NCBI GenBank assembly: GCA_015066085.1
Contig: SVPA01000008.1
Location: forward strand, 448-64,447
Length of the DNA: 64,000 nt
Source of the DNA: Oscillospiraceae bacterium
GTDB lineage: Bacteria > Bacillota > Clostridia > Oscillospirales > Acutalibacteraceae
Reading direction: 5' to 3'
The notes below the pieces were generated by a model, which was given only the letters and a program-made list of their open reading frames with translations, was not told where the DNA came from and searched no databases. A program made the translations under genes and the position numbers. Within the stretch, counting starts at the first letter, position 1, and every line of letters starts with the position of its first letter. Below are positions 50,972 through 59,793 of the stretch, in pieces.

Positions 50972-52082
50972 AATCGATATTTTTTCGGGCTTTTTAGGAG
51001 CCGGTAAAACAACCCTTATTAAAAAACTTATAACCGAGGCGTATAAAGGAGAAAAGGTTGTTTTAATCGAAAATGAATTTGGCGAAATTGGTATTGACGG
51101 CGGTTTCTTAAAAGACGCTGGAATTGAAATAACCGAAATGAATTCGGGTTGTATTTGCTGCACCCTTGTCGGTGATTTTACCGAAGCGCTTAAAAAGGTC
51201 CTTGCTGAATACACCCCTGACCGAATTGTTATCGAACCGTCGGGCGTCGGAAAACTTTCCGATGTTATTCGTGCTGTCGAGAAAATAGATTCAAAAGATA
51301 CCGTTTTAAATGCTTTCACAACGGTTGTTGACGCTAAAAAATGTAAGGTTTATCTAAAGAATTTCGGAGAATTCTTTATTGACCAGGTTGAGAATGCTTC
51401 GGCAATAGTTTTAAGCCATACCGCAGGTATAGATAACGAAAAACTTCACAACTGTATACACCTCTTGCGAGAACATAATAGCAACGCTACTATTGTTTCA
51501 ACCGATTGGAATCTGCTCACAGGAGCCCAAATTTTAGAGGCAACCGAAAAGAAAAATACCCTTGAGCATCATATTCACAGTCTTGAGCACCATCACGACC
51601 ACGATGAGCACTGCGACTGCGGATGTCATGACCACGAACATCATCATGACCACGACGAGCACTGCGACTGCGGTTGTCACGACCACGAGCATCATCATGA
51701 CCACGACGAGCACTGCGACTGCGGTTGTCACGACCACGAACATCATCATGACCACGACGAGCACTGCGACTGCGGTTGTCATGACCACGAACATCATCAC
51801 CATGCCGATGAAGTGTTCTCCTCTTTTGGAAGAGAAACGGCAAAGAAATTTACCGCCGAGTTTATAAAAGAGGCTCTGTCAGAACTTGAAAACCAAGAAA
51901 AATACGGAATTATACTTCGTGCAAAGGGCATTGTCGAAGGCGAAAACGGAGAGTGGATTCACTTTGACTACATTCCTGGAGAGCCTGATGTTCGTTTAGG
52001 CAGAGCCGAAATAATTGGTCGACTTTGTGTTATCGGTTCGAAAATTAACGAACAAGCAATTGCTGAACTGTTTGGAGTGTGA
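50964..52082 (+). CDS. G3E-family (CobW/COG0523-like) GTPase metallochaperone with a His/Cys-rich repeat linker
   Basis: Walker A GFLGAGKTTLIKKL, ENEFGE, the metal-binding motif GCICCTL, and EPSGV. It has a C-terminal CobW_C-like domain. Start at the ATG at 50964 after aaaggagaaa, overlapping the trmB stop by 8 nt. Confidence 0.8.
   Translation: MTKIDIFSGFLGAGKTTLIKKLITEAYKGEKVVLIENEFGEIGIDGGFLKDAGIEITEMNSGCICCTLVGDFTEALKKVLAEYTPDRIVIEPSGVGKLSDVIRAVEKIDSKDTVLNAFTTVVDAKKCKVYLKNFGEFFIDQVENASAIVLSHTAGIDNEKLHNCIHLLREHNSNATIVSTDWNLLTGAQILEATEKKNTLEHHIHSLEHHHDHDEHCDCGCHDHEHHHDHDEHCDCGCHDHEHHHDHDEHCDCGCHDHEHHHDHDEHCDCGCHDHEHHHHADEVFSSFGRETAKKFTAEFIKEALSELENQEKYGIILRAKGIVEGENGEWIHFDYIPGEPDVRLGRAEIIGRLCVIGSKINEQAIAELFGV
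51588..51791 (+). repeat. Four perfect-at-protein-level tandem copies of a 51-nt unit encoding HHHDHDEHCDCGCHDHE
   Basis: Units lie at 51588-51638, 51639-51689, 51690-51740 and 51741-51791. All nucleotide differences between them are synonymous (cac/cat, gat/gac, gga/ggt, gaa/gag). Confidence 0.95.
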
Positions 52083-52086
52083 ATAA

Positions 52087-53031
52087 ATGAAAGATATTCC
52101 GATTTATCTGTTTACCGGATTTTTAGATTCGGGAAAAACAAAATTCATCCAAGAAACTCTTGAAGATGAGCGTTTTAACGCAGGAGAGAAAACCCTTCTG
52201 CTTCTCTGTGAGGAGGGCGAGGAAGAATATGACCTCTCAAAAATGCCTTATCAGAATATTTATATTCGAAAGATAGAAAGTAAAACCGACCTTACGGCTA
52301 AAAATATTGAAAAGTTTTTAAAAGAAACCTCTGCCGAGCGAGTTATAGTTGAATATAACGGAATGTGGCTTTTAGAGGAACTGTTTAAGGCTTTGCCAAG
52401 GTACTGTATAATAAGTCAGGAAATCTGTTTTTTTGAAGAGAGTACGGCTCTTACCTATAACGCTAATATGCGACAACTCGTTTATGATAAAATCTCAACC
52501 GCAGAACTTGTTGTCTTTAACCGTTGCCCCGAAAACTTCGACTTTATGCCCCTTCATAAACTTGTAAGGGGTGCAAACCGCCGTAGTAATATCGCCTACG
52601 AGTATGAAAACGGTTATGTTAAGTATGACGATTTAGAAGACCCTCTGCCTTTTGATGTAAATGCAGATGTTATTGAAATATCGGATATAGACTATGCTCT
52701 ATGGTTTCAGGATATGATGAGCGATATGTCCAAATACATCGGTAAAACATTAAAATTCAAGGGAATTGTCGCTCGTGACGGAAAAATTCCCGACGATACT
52801 TTTGTTGTTGGGCGCCACGTAATGACCTGTTGCGCAGATGATATTCAGTATTGCGGAATTGCTTGTGACTGGAATAGTGCTAAAACGCTTAAAACAAACG
52901 ATTGGATAATTGTTACAGCAAAACTTTCGGTAGGAAACCATAAACTGTATCGTTCAAAAGGACCTTATCTTACTGCAACGGCAGTTGCTCTTTCTTCAAA
53001 ACCCGAAACAGAGGTTGCAACCTTCTATTAA
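52087..53031 (+). CDS. Degenerate G3E-like P-loop domain fused to a C-terminal CCxxD domain (DUF1980/TIGR03943-like)
   Basis: Walker A GFLDSGKTKFIQ is present but the CxCC motif is absent. The C-terminal FVVGRHVMTCCADDIQYCG resembles, from memory, the conserved CCxxD motif of TIGR03943-type proteins. It begins 4 nt after the CobW-like gene. Confidence 0.5.
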   Translation: MKDIPIYLFTGFLDSGKTKFIQETLEDERFNAGEKTLLLLCEEGEEEYDLSKMPYQNIYIRKIESKTDLTAKNIEKFLKETSAERVIVEYNGMWLLEELFKALPRYCIISQEICFFEESTALTYNANMRQLVYDKISTAELVVFNRCPENFDFMPLHKLVRGANRRSNIAYEYENGYVKYDDLEDPLPFDVNADVIEISDIDYALWFQDMMSDMSKYIGKTLKFKGIVARDGKIPDDTFVVGRHVMTCCADDIQYCGIACDWNSAKTLKTNDWIIVTAKLSVGNHKLYRSKGPYLTATAVALSSKPETEVATFY

Positions 53032-53034
53032 ACG

Positions 53035-53064
53035 AAAAAACGGCTTCGAAAGAAGCCGTTTTTC
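53035..53064. terminator. Bidirectional rho-independent terminator between the convergent G3E module and FkbM gene
   Basis: aaaacggcttc gaaa gaagccgtttt, flanked by A and T runs. Confidence 0.8.
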
Positions 53065-54093
53065 TTATACAAAATAAAAGTTTGTGTCCCAAGCGGGAAC
53101 ATATCTATAATGCCTCATATAGATTTTATAATCAGGATTTAGTTTATGAACCAAAAGGGGAATAGCAAAATAATCTTCACTTTTATGATAAGCCGAAATA
53201 AGCATTTTCGGTTTATCTCTTTTTATTGTGTTTTCTCCGCCTAAAATGGCGTTATATTCATTACCCTCAACATCAAATTTAATGTAATCAAAGCGAGTAT
53301 TCTTTGCTAAAAAGTCAATATTTACAGCATCGGTAAAATCTTCTCCGCCAAGCACAGTACCTCTTGACCCTTTAAAAGAAAAGGGGAGAGAGCCGATTTC
53401 ATTTGACACCGCCGCATTGATTAGTTTGATGTTTAATTCTTTGGTGTTTTTTAGAAGTTTATTAAAACTTTTAGGGTCGGGTTCAACTGCCGTAATATTA
53501 CTGAACCTGCCAACCCGATTTACAAAGTCTAAAACAGTATCTCCGTTATATGCTCCAAGGTCAAGAAAACTGTCGCCCTCTTTAAGTTTTAAAATATTTT
53601 CAAAGGCCTCGTCTTCGTTTGTTTCACAGTCAAAAAGGCGGTTAATATCTCCGTCAAGTTTAAAAAGTACCGTTTGTTCAAAAACCTTTCTGGACTGTTC
53701 GTCGCACAGTAAAGAATAGGCCAAGTTAAGTTCTTTTGCGTGTTTTTTTGCATATTCAAGGTTGAAAATTTCACCGTTTGAAACCGGAACTTCGGGAGCA
53801 AGTAATGTTGTGGATTTCATAATATTCTTAATGTTTTCGGTAACTTCCGGTCGGTTTGAACCAAAACAGAAAAGTGCGACAAAGTCGCCGAATTTCTCCT
53901 TCGCTTGTTCAAAACTTAAAACCTTAAATCCTCTGAAAACTCGCTCTCTAACGAAACCCGAACTTGCAAAAACTCCGCTTACCTTAATCCCAAGACGCTC
54001 AAGTTCATTAAGTATCTTGTCTGCGCCGTTTCCTGTTCCGTAAAGAAGTATAGGTTTTTCTTCGCCTTTAAGCCTTGTCCAAATGTCTGTCAT
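53065..54093 (-). CDS. FkbM-family SAM-dependent methyltransferase with an N-terminal Rossmann-like extension
   Basis: LDLGAYNGD SAM motif and the FkbM signature FDYIKFDVEGNE. 26-nt overlap with the upstream GNAT gene. Confidence 0.7.
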   Translation of the reverse strand: MTDIWTRLKGEEKPILLYGTGNGADKILNELERLGIKVSGVFASSGFVRERVFRGFKVLSFEQAKEKFGDFVALFCFGSNRPEVTENIKNIMKSTTLLAPEVPVSNGEIFNLEYAKKHAKELNLAYSLLCDEQSRKVFEQTVLFKLDGDINRLFDCETNEDEAFENILKLKEGDSFLDLGAYNGDTVLDFVNRVGRFSNITAVEPDPKSFNKLLKNTKELNIKLINAAVSNEIGSLPFSFKGSRGTVLGGEDFTDAVNIDFLAKNTRFDYIKFDVEGNEYNAILGGENTIKRDKPKMLISAYHKSEDYFAIPLLVHKLNPDYKIYMRHYRYVPAWDTNFYFV

Positions 54094-54568
54094 ACTGATA
54101 TGCCCTCATAGGTCCGTAGTCGGGAACATAAATTGTTCCGCAATGAATAAATCCGAGTTTTTCAAGACTGTGTTGCATAACTATGTTATCTGAATGTGTA
54201 TCAACCTTAATGTTGTCGGAATATTTAAGACAATAGTCTACACAGTCTTTAAGAATTCCCTTAACTCTGCCTGAAGAGGCAATCCTGTGAATAACACAGT
54301 AGGGTCGGTCATTGAGCCATTTTCCCTCAATATATTCATAGGTCGGGTCGGGGCCTTTATCAAAAAGAAAGACCCCGTCAATAGTTTCGTCGTTTTTTAT
54401 CACATATAGATTTTGAACAGAAATATTTTCAAGAATTGACTGTTTTGGCGGGTGGCAGTCTTTCCACTGATTAGGGTTGCCGTTTTCTCGCATAAACTGT
54501 CTTGCCCGTTTATAAATCTCCAAAATCTCTTCAAGGTCGCTAATTTGGGCTTTTGAAATAGTCTTCAT
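54068..54568 (-). CDS. GNAT-family N-acetyltransferase
   Basis: 166 aa. IHRIASSGRVKGILKDCVDYC and SLEKLGF are GNAT motif A/B-like. The start ATG shares ATGA with the stop of the upstream ABC gene. Confidence 0.7.
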   Translation of the reverse strand: MKTISKAQISDLEEILEIYKRARQFMRENGNPNQWKDCHPPKQSILENISVQNLYVIKNDETIDGVFLFDKGPDPTYEYIEGKWLNDRPYCVIHRIASSGRVKGILKDCVDYCLKYSDNIKVDTHSDNIVMQHSLEKLGFIHCGTIYVPDYGPMRAYQYDRHLDKA

Positions 54569-56541
54569 CAGTCAAGTTCCTTTTTACCTGTGTATAGTTC
54601 GTAGTAGCGACCCTTTTGTTTAAGAAGTTCGCTATGGTCTCCTCGTTCAATAATTTCGCCTTGTTCTAAAACCATAATTGCGTTTGAGTTTCTAACGGTC
54701 GAAAGTCTGTGGGCAATAACAAAGGTTGTTCTGTCCTTCATAAGTCGGTCCATACCTTTTTCAATATGCCGTTCGGTCCTTGTATCTACCGAACTCGTTG
54801 CTTCGTCAAGAACGAGTATAGGCGCTTTTGAAAGGGAGGCCCTTGCAATATTAAGGAGTTGTCGCTGTCCTTGGGAAAGGTTGGAGCCGTCGCCCGTAAT
54901 CATTGTGTCATATCCGTTTTCAAGTCTTGTTATAAAGGAATGAGCACTTGCGGTTTTTGCCGCCTCAATAACCTCCTCGTCGGTAGCGTCAAGCCGTCCG
55001 TAACGGATGTTTTCCATAACCGTTCCCGTAAATAAATGGGTGTCCTGAAGTACCATTGCTATATTTTCGCGAAGAATATTTCTCGGATAGTCCTTAATGT
55101 CAACTCCGTCAATAGTTATACTTCCGCTGTGAATGTCATAAAATCGGTTGAGAAGATTGGTAATGGTGGTTTTACCCGCACCCGTTGAGCCAACAAAGGC
55201 AATTTTTTGACCGGGTTTAGCGTATAACGAAATGTTTTTAAGGACAAGTTTGTCCTGTGTATAACCAAAACTTACATCTTTTAGTTCAATATGGCCCGTA
55301 ATTTCGGTATGATAAGCAGAATCTTCGCTATCAGCAGGTTCGCCGTCCATTTCCATAACGGCAAATACTCTTTCTGCACCGGCAAGGGCTGAGAAAATTG
55401 CCGTCATCTGCATTGAAATTTGGTTAATCGGCATATTAAAATGTCTGGTATAGTTTGCAAAAACTGTAAGTCCGCCCGGTGTAAAACCGCTTGTAACCAT
55501 CATAAGTCCGCCAACACCGATAGTAATGCCGTAACTTATCATACTAACATTATGGGTAACCGGTCCCATAATTCCGCCAAAGAATTGAGCCTTGAACTGT
55601 TTGTCACGCATATCGTTGTTAAGCAGGTCAAATTCTTCTGTACAAGTGTCTTCGTGATTAAAAACTTTGATAACCTTCTGTCCTGCAACCGTTTCTTCAA
55701 TATATCCGTTTACAGCGCCGAGTGCCGCTTGTTGACCGGAATAGTACTTTCGTGAAGCCTTTCCAATCATAATTCCGCAATAGGTGAATATAGGAATAAA
55801 TACAACCGTAATGAGTGTAAGAATCCAGTTGGTTGTTATCATAAAGAAAAGAGTACCGATAATTGTAACAGCCCCCGAAAACAGAGCCGTAACCGAATGG
55901 TTAAGCATTGCGTCAAGATTATCAATATCGTTGGTAAAACGGCTCATAATCTCTCCGGTGGGATTTTGGTCAAAATATTTAACCGGTAAAGTCTGAACCT
56001 TTACGAACAGTTCGTTTCTTATTTTCTCAAGCGTGTTTTGTGTAATTGAGAGCATAATTCTCGACTGTAAATAAGAAGAGATTATGCCAATTAAATAAAC
56101 GGCTCCCAAAAATATAATAGCACAAACTACATAGGTCAGCACTTCTGCAAAACGGCTTGATGCCATAATATTGGTTAAAAACGGAATTTCGGTAATACTC
56201 TCAATTATATTATCCATAGCAACCGCCATAATTCCGTCTTTTGCTTCGGTTGGAACCTGACCGATTCGGTTAATTATCGGAAGCAAAGTAAATGCACCAA
56301 TAAGAGAGGTTACGGTGCTGGTTGCCATGCAGAGCAAAACAACAACGAGTTTTAAACTGTGTGGTTTAAAATAGGCGAGTAGTCGCATAATGGTTTTCTT
56401 GGTGTTTTTTGGTTTTCCGCCCATTCTGCCACCGTGTCGGTGTCCACCTCGACCCATCATTGGACCAATAGGTCTTTTTTGGTCGTGTTTGCTACCGGAG
56501 GAATACTGCTTTTGCAGTTCTGTTAGACTTCTTCCTGCCAC
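54568..56541 (-). CDS. ABC exporter, fused permease/ATPase (heterodimer partner B)
   Basis: Gly/His/Arg-rich N-terminus and 6 TM. Walker A GSTGAGKTT, signature LSQGQRQLL, Walker B ILVLDEATS. Confidence 0.9.
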   Translation of the reverse strand: MAGRSLTELQKQYSSGSKHDQKRPIGPMMGRGGHRHGGRMGGKPKNTKKTIMRLLAYFKPHSLKLVVVLLCMATSTVTSLIGAFTLLPIINRIGQVPTEAKDGIMAVAMDNIIESITEIPFLTNIMASSRFAEVLTYVVCAIIFLGAVYLIGIISSYLQSRIMLSITQNTLEKIRNELFVKVQTLPVKYFDQNPTGEIMSRFTNDIDNLDAMLNHSVTALFSGAVTIIGTLFFMITTNWILTLITVVFIPIFTYCGIMIGKASRKYYSGQQAALGAVNGYIEETVAGQKVIKVFNHEDTCTEEFDLLNNDMRDKQFKAQFFGGIMGPVTHNVSMISYGITIGVGGLMMVTSGFTPGGLTVFANYTRHFNMPINQISMQMTAIFSALAGAERVFAVMEMDGEPADSEDSAYHTEITGHIELKDVSFGYTQDKLVLKNISLYAKPGQKIAFVGSTGAGKTTITNLLNRFYDIHSGSITIDGVDIKDYPRNILRENIAMVLQDTHLFTGTVMENIRYGRLDATDEEVIEAAKTASAHSFITRLENGYDTMITGDGSNLSQGQRQLLNIARASLSKAPILVLDEATSSVDTRTERHIEKGMDRLMKDRTTFVIAHRLSTVRNSNAIMVLEQGEIIERGDHSELLKQKGRYYELYTGKKELD

Positions 56542-56543
56542 AA

Positions 56544-58292
56544 CTATTCCTCCTTTTTATCCATTTGTGAGTAGTAAATCTCACCGTATTCTGTACAGTT
56601 TTTAATCAGTTCATCGTGAGAACCGATACCTGTGATTTTTCCTTCGTCCATGACAATTATGGTATCGCAGTCCTTTACCGAAGAAATTCTTTGAGCAATT
56701 ATAATTTTTGTTGATTCAGCAAGTTCTTCTTTAAAGGCTTTTCTAATCATTTTTTCTGTTGCTGTATCAACTGCACTGGTTGAATCGTCAAGAATAAGAA
56801 TTTTTGGCTTTTTAAGAAGTGCTCTTGCAATACAGAGCCTTTGCTTTTGTCCGCCCGATACATTTACTCCGCCTTGCTCAAGAACAGTATCATATCCGTC
56901 GCTGAAACTTGTTATAAAACCGTGAGCCTGTGCAAACTCTGCCGCCGTTTTAAGTTCTTGGTCGGTTGCGTCTTCGTTGCCCCAACGCAGATTGTTTTCA
57001 ATCGTACCCGAGAAAAGCAGATTTTTTTGAAGAACAACGCCAATACCCTGGCGAAGATTGTAAAGGGAATAATCTTTTACATTTACTCCGTCAACAAGAA
57101 CTTCTCCGCTGTCAACATCGTAAAGTCTTGGTATCATTGAAACAAGGGTTGTTTTTCCGCAACCCGTTGAGCCGATAATACCTACCGTTTGACCCGCCTC
57201 AATTTCAAAATTGATTGAACTTAGAACAGACTCTTCGTTATTTTTATAATAACGGAAAGAAACATTATTAAACTTTATTTCTCCCTTATTAACCTGACGG
57301 TCAGGATACTTTGCGGATGTGTCGTCAAGGTCAATATCCTCGTCAAGAACTTCCTTTATACGCTTGGCTGAAGCAAGGGCTCTCGATGAGGTCATAAGCA
57401 TCATTGTTACCATCATAAGAGAAGAAAGAATTTGGGTAACATAGGTTATAAATGCCGATAGGTCACCAATTGCCATACCGCCGATAGTACCCGCCTCTTC
57501 AAGAACAATATTTGCTCCAAACCAAAGCACAATAAGGGTTGTGATATTCATAAACACCGTCATAACAGGTCCCATAAATATCATAACCTTCATTGCTGAC
57601 ATACCCGCATTCTTAAGGTTGCGGTTAACGCTGAAAAACTTTTCGGTTTCGTGCTTTTCTCTAACAAAGGATTTAACTACCCGTACATTTGTAATGTTTT
57701 CTTGAACGGTATTGTTGACGGCATCAATCTTTACCTGCATTTTTGCAAAAAGTGGGAAGCCTTTTGAAATAATAAGCAGGATAGTTATAAGCATCAAAGG
57801 AATGGTTACAAGAAGAACAATCGAAAGGTCGGGACGCATCGTTACTGCCATTATAATTGCGCCGATAAGCATACCCGGAGAGCGTAAACACATTCTAAGA
57901 AGCATATTAACAAAGTTTTGAAGTTGTGTTACGTCGTTTGTAAGTCTTGTAACAAGAGAACCGGTTGAAAACTTATCAATATTTGCAAAAGAGAACTTTT
58001 GAACCTTTCTGTATACATCGTCACGAAGGTCGGCCGCGAAATTAACCGAAGCCTTTGCTCCAAAGTAAGCACCGCCAACTCCGCCTATCATCATAATAAC
58101 CGCAGTAAGAATCATATAACCTGCGGTACCTATACTGCCAAGGGCAGTAAGAGTGCCGTCTTCCGCTCCGTTAATAACAATAGCAAGAAATTTCGGCATT
58201 AAAACCTCGCCGATAACCTCAATAATCATACAAAGCGGACCAAGTATGAAATAGGGGAGGTAAGGCTTTACATATTTAAACCAACGCTTCAA
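56544..58292 (-). CDS. ABC exporter, fused permease/ATPase (heterodimer partner A)
   Basis: 6 TM. Walker A GSTGCGKTT, signature VSGGQKQRLCIARAL, Walker B ILILDDSTS. Confidence 0.9.
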   Translation of the reverse strand: MKRWFKYVKPYLPYFILGPLCMIIEVIGEVLMPKFLAIVINGAEDGTLTALGSIGTAGYMILTAVIMMIGGVGGAYFGAKASVNFAADLRDDVYRKVQKFSFANIDKFSTGSLVTRLTNDVTQLQNFVNMLLRMCLRSPGMLIGAIIMAVTMRPDLSIVLLVTIPLMLITILLIISKGFPLFAKMQVKIDAVNNTVQENITNVRVVKSFVREKHETEKFFSVNRNLKNAGMSAMKVMIFMGPVMTVFMNITTLIVLWFGANIVLEEAGTIGGMAIGDLSAFITYVTQILSSLMMVTMMLMTSSRALASAKRIKEVLDEDIDLDDTSAKYPDRQVNKGEIKFNNVSFRYYKNNEESVLSSINFEIEAGQTVGIIGSTGCGKTTLVSMIPRLYDVDSGEVLVDGVNVKDYSLYNLRQGIGVVLQKNLLFSGTIENNLRWGNEDATDQELKTAAEFAQAHGFITSFSDGYDTVLEQGGVNVSGGQKQRLCIARALLKKPKILILDDSTSAVDTATEKMIRKAFKEELAESTKIIIAQRISSVKDCDTIIVMDEGKITGIGSHDELIKNCTEYGEIYYSQMDKKEE

Positions 58293-58293
58293 A

Positions 58294-58746
58294 TTAATCT
58301 TCCTTTCCCGAAAATTGCTTGAGGTTAAAAATTACCTTATCAAGCAAAGCAACAAGTGTTTCTCTTTCTTCTGCCGAAATACCCTCAAAAGTTTTTTCGT
58401 CAACACATTCAAAAACCTGTCTTGAATATTCAACGACCTCTTTACCTTTCTGTGTAATTCGAATCTCATTATAGCGGTTATCCGTCTTAGCACAGTTACG
58501 CTCGATATAACCGCCACATTCCAATTTTTTAAGGCTGACCGCTACTGCGGCGGGACTTATCTCAAAATGCTCTGCGATGTCCTTTTGTGAAACCTCGCCG
58601 TTTTTACGATATAGGTACATTAGAATCATATGTTGGCTTTTATGCACACCGGTTGTACTGATTTTGCTTTCAATGGCATGGTGGTGCATACGGCCAATAC
58701 ACATAAATTTGTGCTGAATATCCCTAGAGGAGAGCGGTTTTTTCAT
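58294..58746 (-). CDS. MarR-family transcriptional regulator
   Basis: Winged-helix pattern (SQHMILMYLY..GEVSQKDIAEHFEISPAAVAVSLKKLE..GYIER...DNR). Start at the ATG at 58746, after gaggtg. Its stop lies 1 nt before the ABC gene. Confidence 0.85.
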   Translation of the reverse strand: MKKPLSSRDIQHKFMCIGRMHHHAIESKISTTGVHKSQHMILMYLYRKNGEVSQKDIAEHFEISPAAVAVSLKKLECGGYIERNCAKTDNRYNEIRITQKGKEVVEYSRQVFECVDEKTFEGISAEERETLVALLDKVIFNLKQFSGKED

Positions 58747-58781
58747 AGTTATAATCACCTCAATAATTAACCCATTAACAA

Positions 58782-58793
58782 TTAACGCGTTAA
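58782..58793. promoter_or_regulatory. Perfect 12-bp palindrome TTAACGCGTTAA within a run of TTAAC motifs; candidate MarR operator
   Basis: aattaacccattaacaattaacgcgttaact contains four TTAAC motifs. It lies 36 nt upstream of the MarR start codon. Confidence 0.45.
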
Positions 58794-58901
58794 CTATTAT
58801 ATCATATCAGATTGCAAAGTCAATATAAACTTTTCGCCATAAAAAAACATTCACAAAATATAACTAAAAATGAATAAATATGAGGAGTATTCAAAAAATA
58901 C

Positions 58902-58930
58902 TTGCATTTATTCATCAAATTGATTATAAT
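58902..58930 (+). promoter_or_regulatory. Sigma-A promoter of the amino-acid ABC operon (TTGCAT-17-TATAAT)
   Basis: ttgcat at 58902-58907 and tataat at 58925-58930. The RBS aaggagg precedes the ATG at 58972. Confidence 0.6.
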
Positions 58931-58971
58931 GAATGTACAAAATTTGTTTTTCTTAAGGAGGAAAAACTGTT

Positions 58972-59730
58972 ATGAAAAAAATTATTGCTTTACTTTTGGC
59001 TTGTATGCTCATGGTAACCTGTTTCGCAGGCTGCGGCGGTAATGATTTTACTACCGTTAAAGAAGGAAAACTTATTATGGCTACTAACGCCTATTTCCAA
59101 CCCTATGAGTATTATGACGGCGACAAAATTGTAGGTATCGATGCTGAAATCGCTGCCGCTATTGCAGAAAAACTCGGTCTTGAGCTTGAAATTCAGGATA
59201 TGGCTTTCGACTCAATTATTACCGCAGTTTCTGAAGGTTCTGTTGACTTCGGTCTTGCCGGAATGACTATTACTGAGGACCGCCTTAAAGATGTAGATTT
59301 CTCTATAAGTTATGCTACCGGCGTTCAGTCTATAATAGTTCCCGAAAATTCAGCAATCAAAACGGTTGATGACCTTTATGCTGATGGTGCTGCCTATAAG
59401 GTTGGCGTTCAACTTGGAACTACAGGCGATATTTATGCTACCGACGATTTTGGCGATGAACTCGTAACTTCTTTCACTACAGGTAATGAAGCAGTTAACG
59501 CCCTTCTTGGCGGCGATGTAGACTGCGTAATAATTGATAATGAACCCGCTAAGGCTTTTGTTGCTAACAATACCGGTCTTAAAATTCTCGACACCTCTTA
59601 TGCCGATGAAGATTATGCCGCTTGCATCAAAAAGGGTAATGATGCTCTTCGCGAAGCAATAGATAATGCTATTGAAGAACTCATTGCTGACGGAACCATT
59701 GACATAATTGTTGATAAGTACATTAAATAG
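58972..59730 (+). CDS. Amino-acid ABC transporter substrate-binding lipoprotein (family 3 SBP)
   Basis: Signal peptide with lipobox CFAGCGG. PBP type-2 polar amino-acid pattern (G.D.E.A..IA..LG, F..AG...T..R). Confidence 0.9.
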   Translation: MKKIIALLLACMLMVTCFAGCGGNDFTTVKEGKLIMATNAYFQPYEYYDGDKIVGIDAEIAAAIAEKLGLELEIQDMAFDSIITAVSEGSVDFGLAGMTITEDRLKDVDFSISYATGVQSIIVPENSAIKTVDDLYADGAAYKVGVQLGTTGDIYATDDFGDELVTSFTTGNEAVNALLGGDVDCVIIDNEPAKAFVANNTGLKILDTSYADEDYAACIKKGNDALREAIDNAIEELIADGTIDIIVDKYIK

Positions 59731-59753
59731 TGGTTCAGTTTAAATAAATATTC

Positions 59754-59783
59754 AAAGCAGGAATGATTTTTCATTCCTGCTTT
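59754..59783 (+). terminator. 13-bp hairpin between the SBP and permease genes (partial terminator or mRNA stabiliser)
   Basis: aaagcaggaatga tttt tcattcctgcttt. There is no long T-run after the stem. Confidence 0.4.
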
Positions 59784-59793
59784 AAGTTGTATA

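Noticed and set aside
51517-51867. A CRISPR-like or separate-gene reading of the 51-nt repeats, including the ORFs 51517..51843(-), 51534..51803(-) and 51562..51867(+)
   Set aside because: The repeat units abut with no spacers, they are in frame within a well-supported G3E GTPase gene, and they differ only synonymously in that frame. The other ORFs are simply alternative frames of the same repeat.
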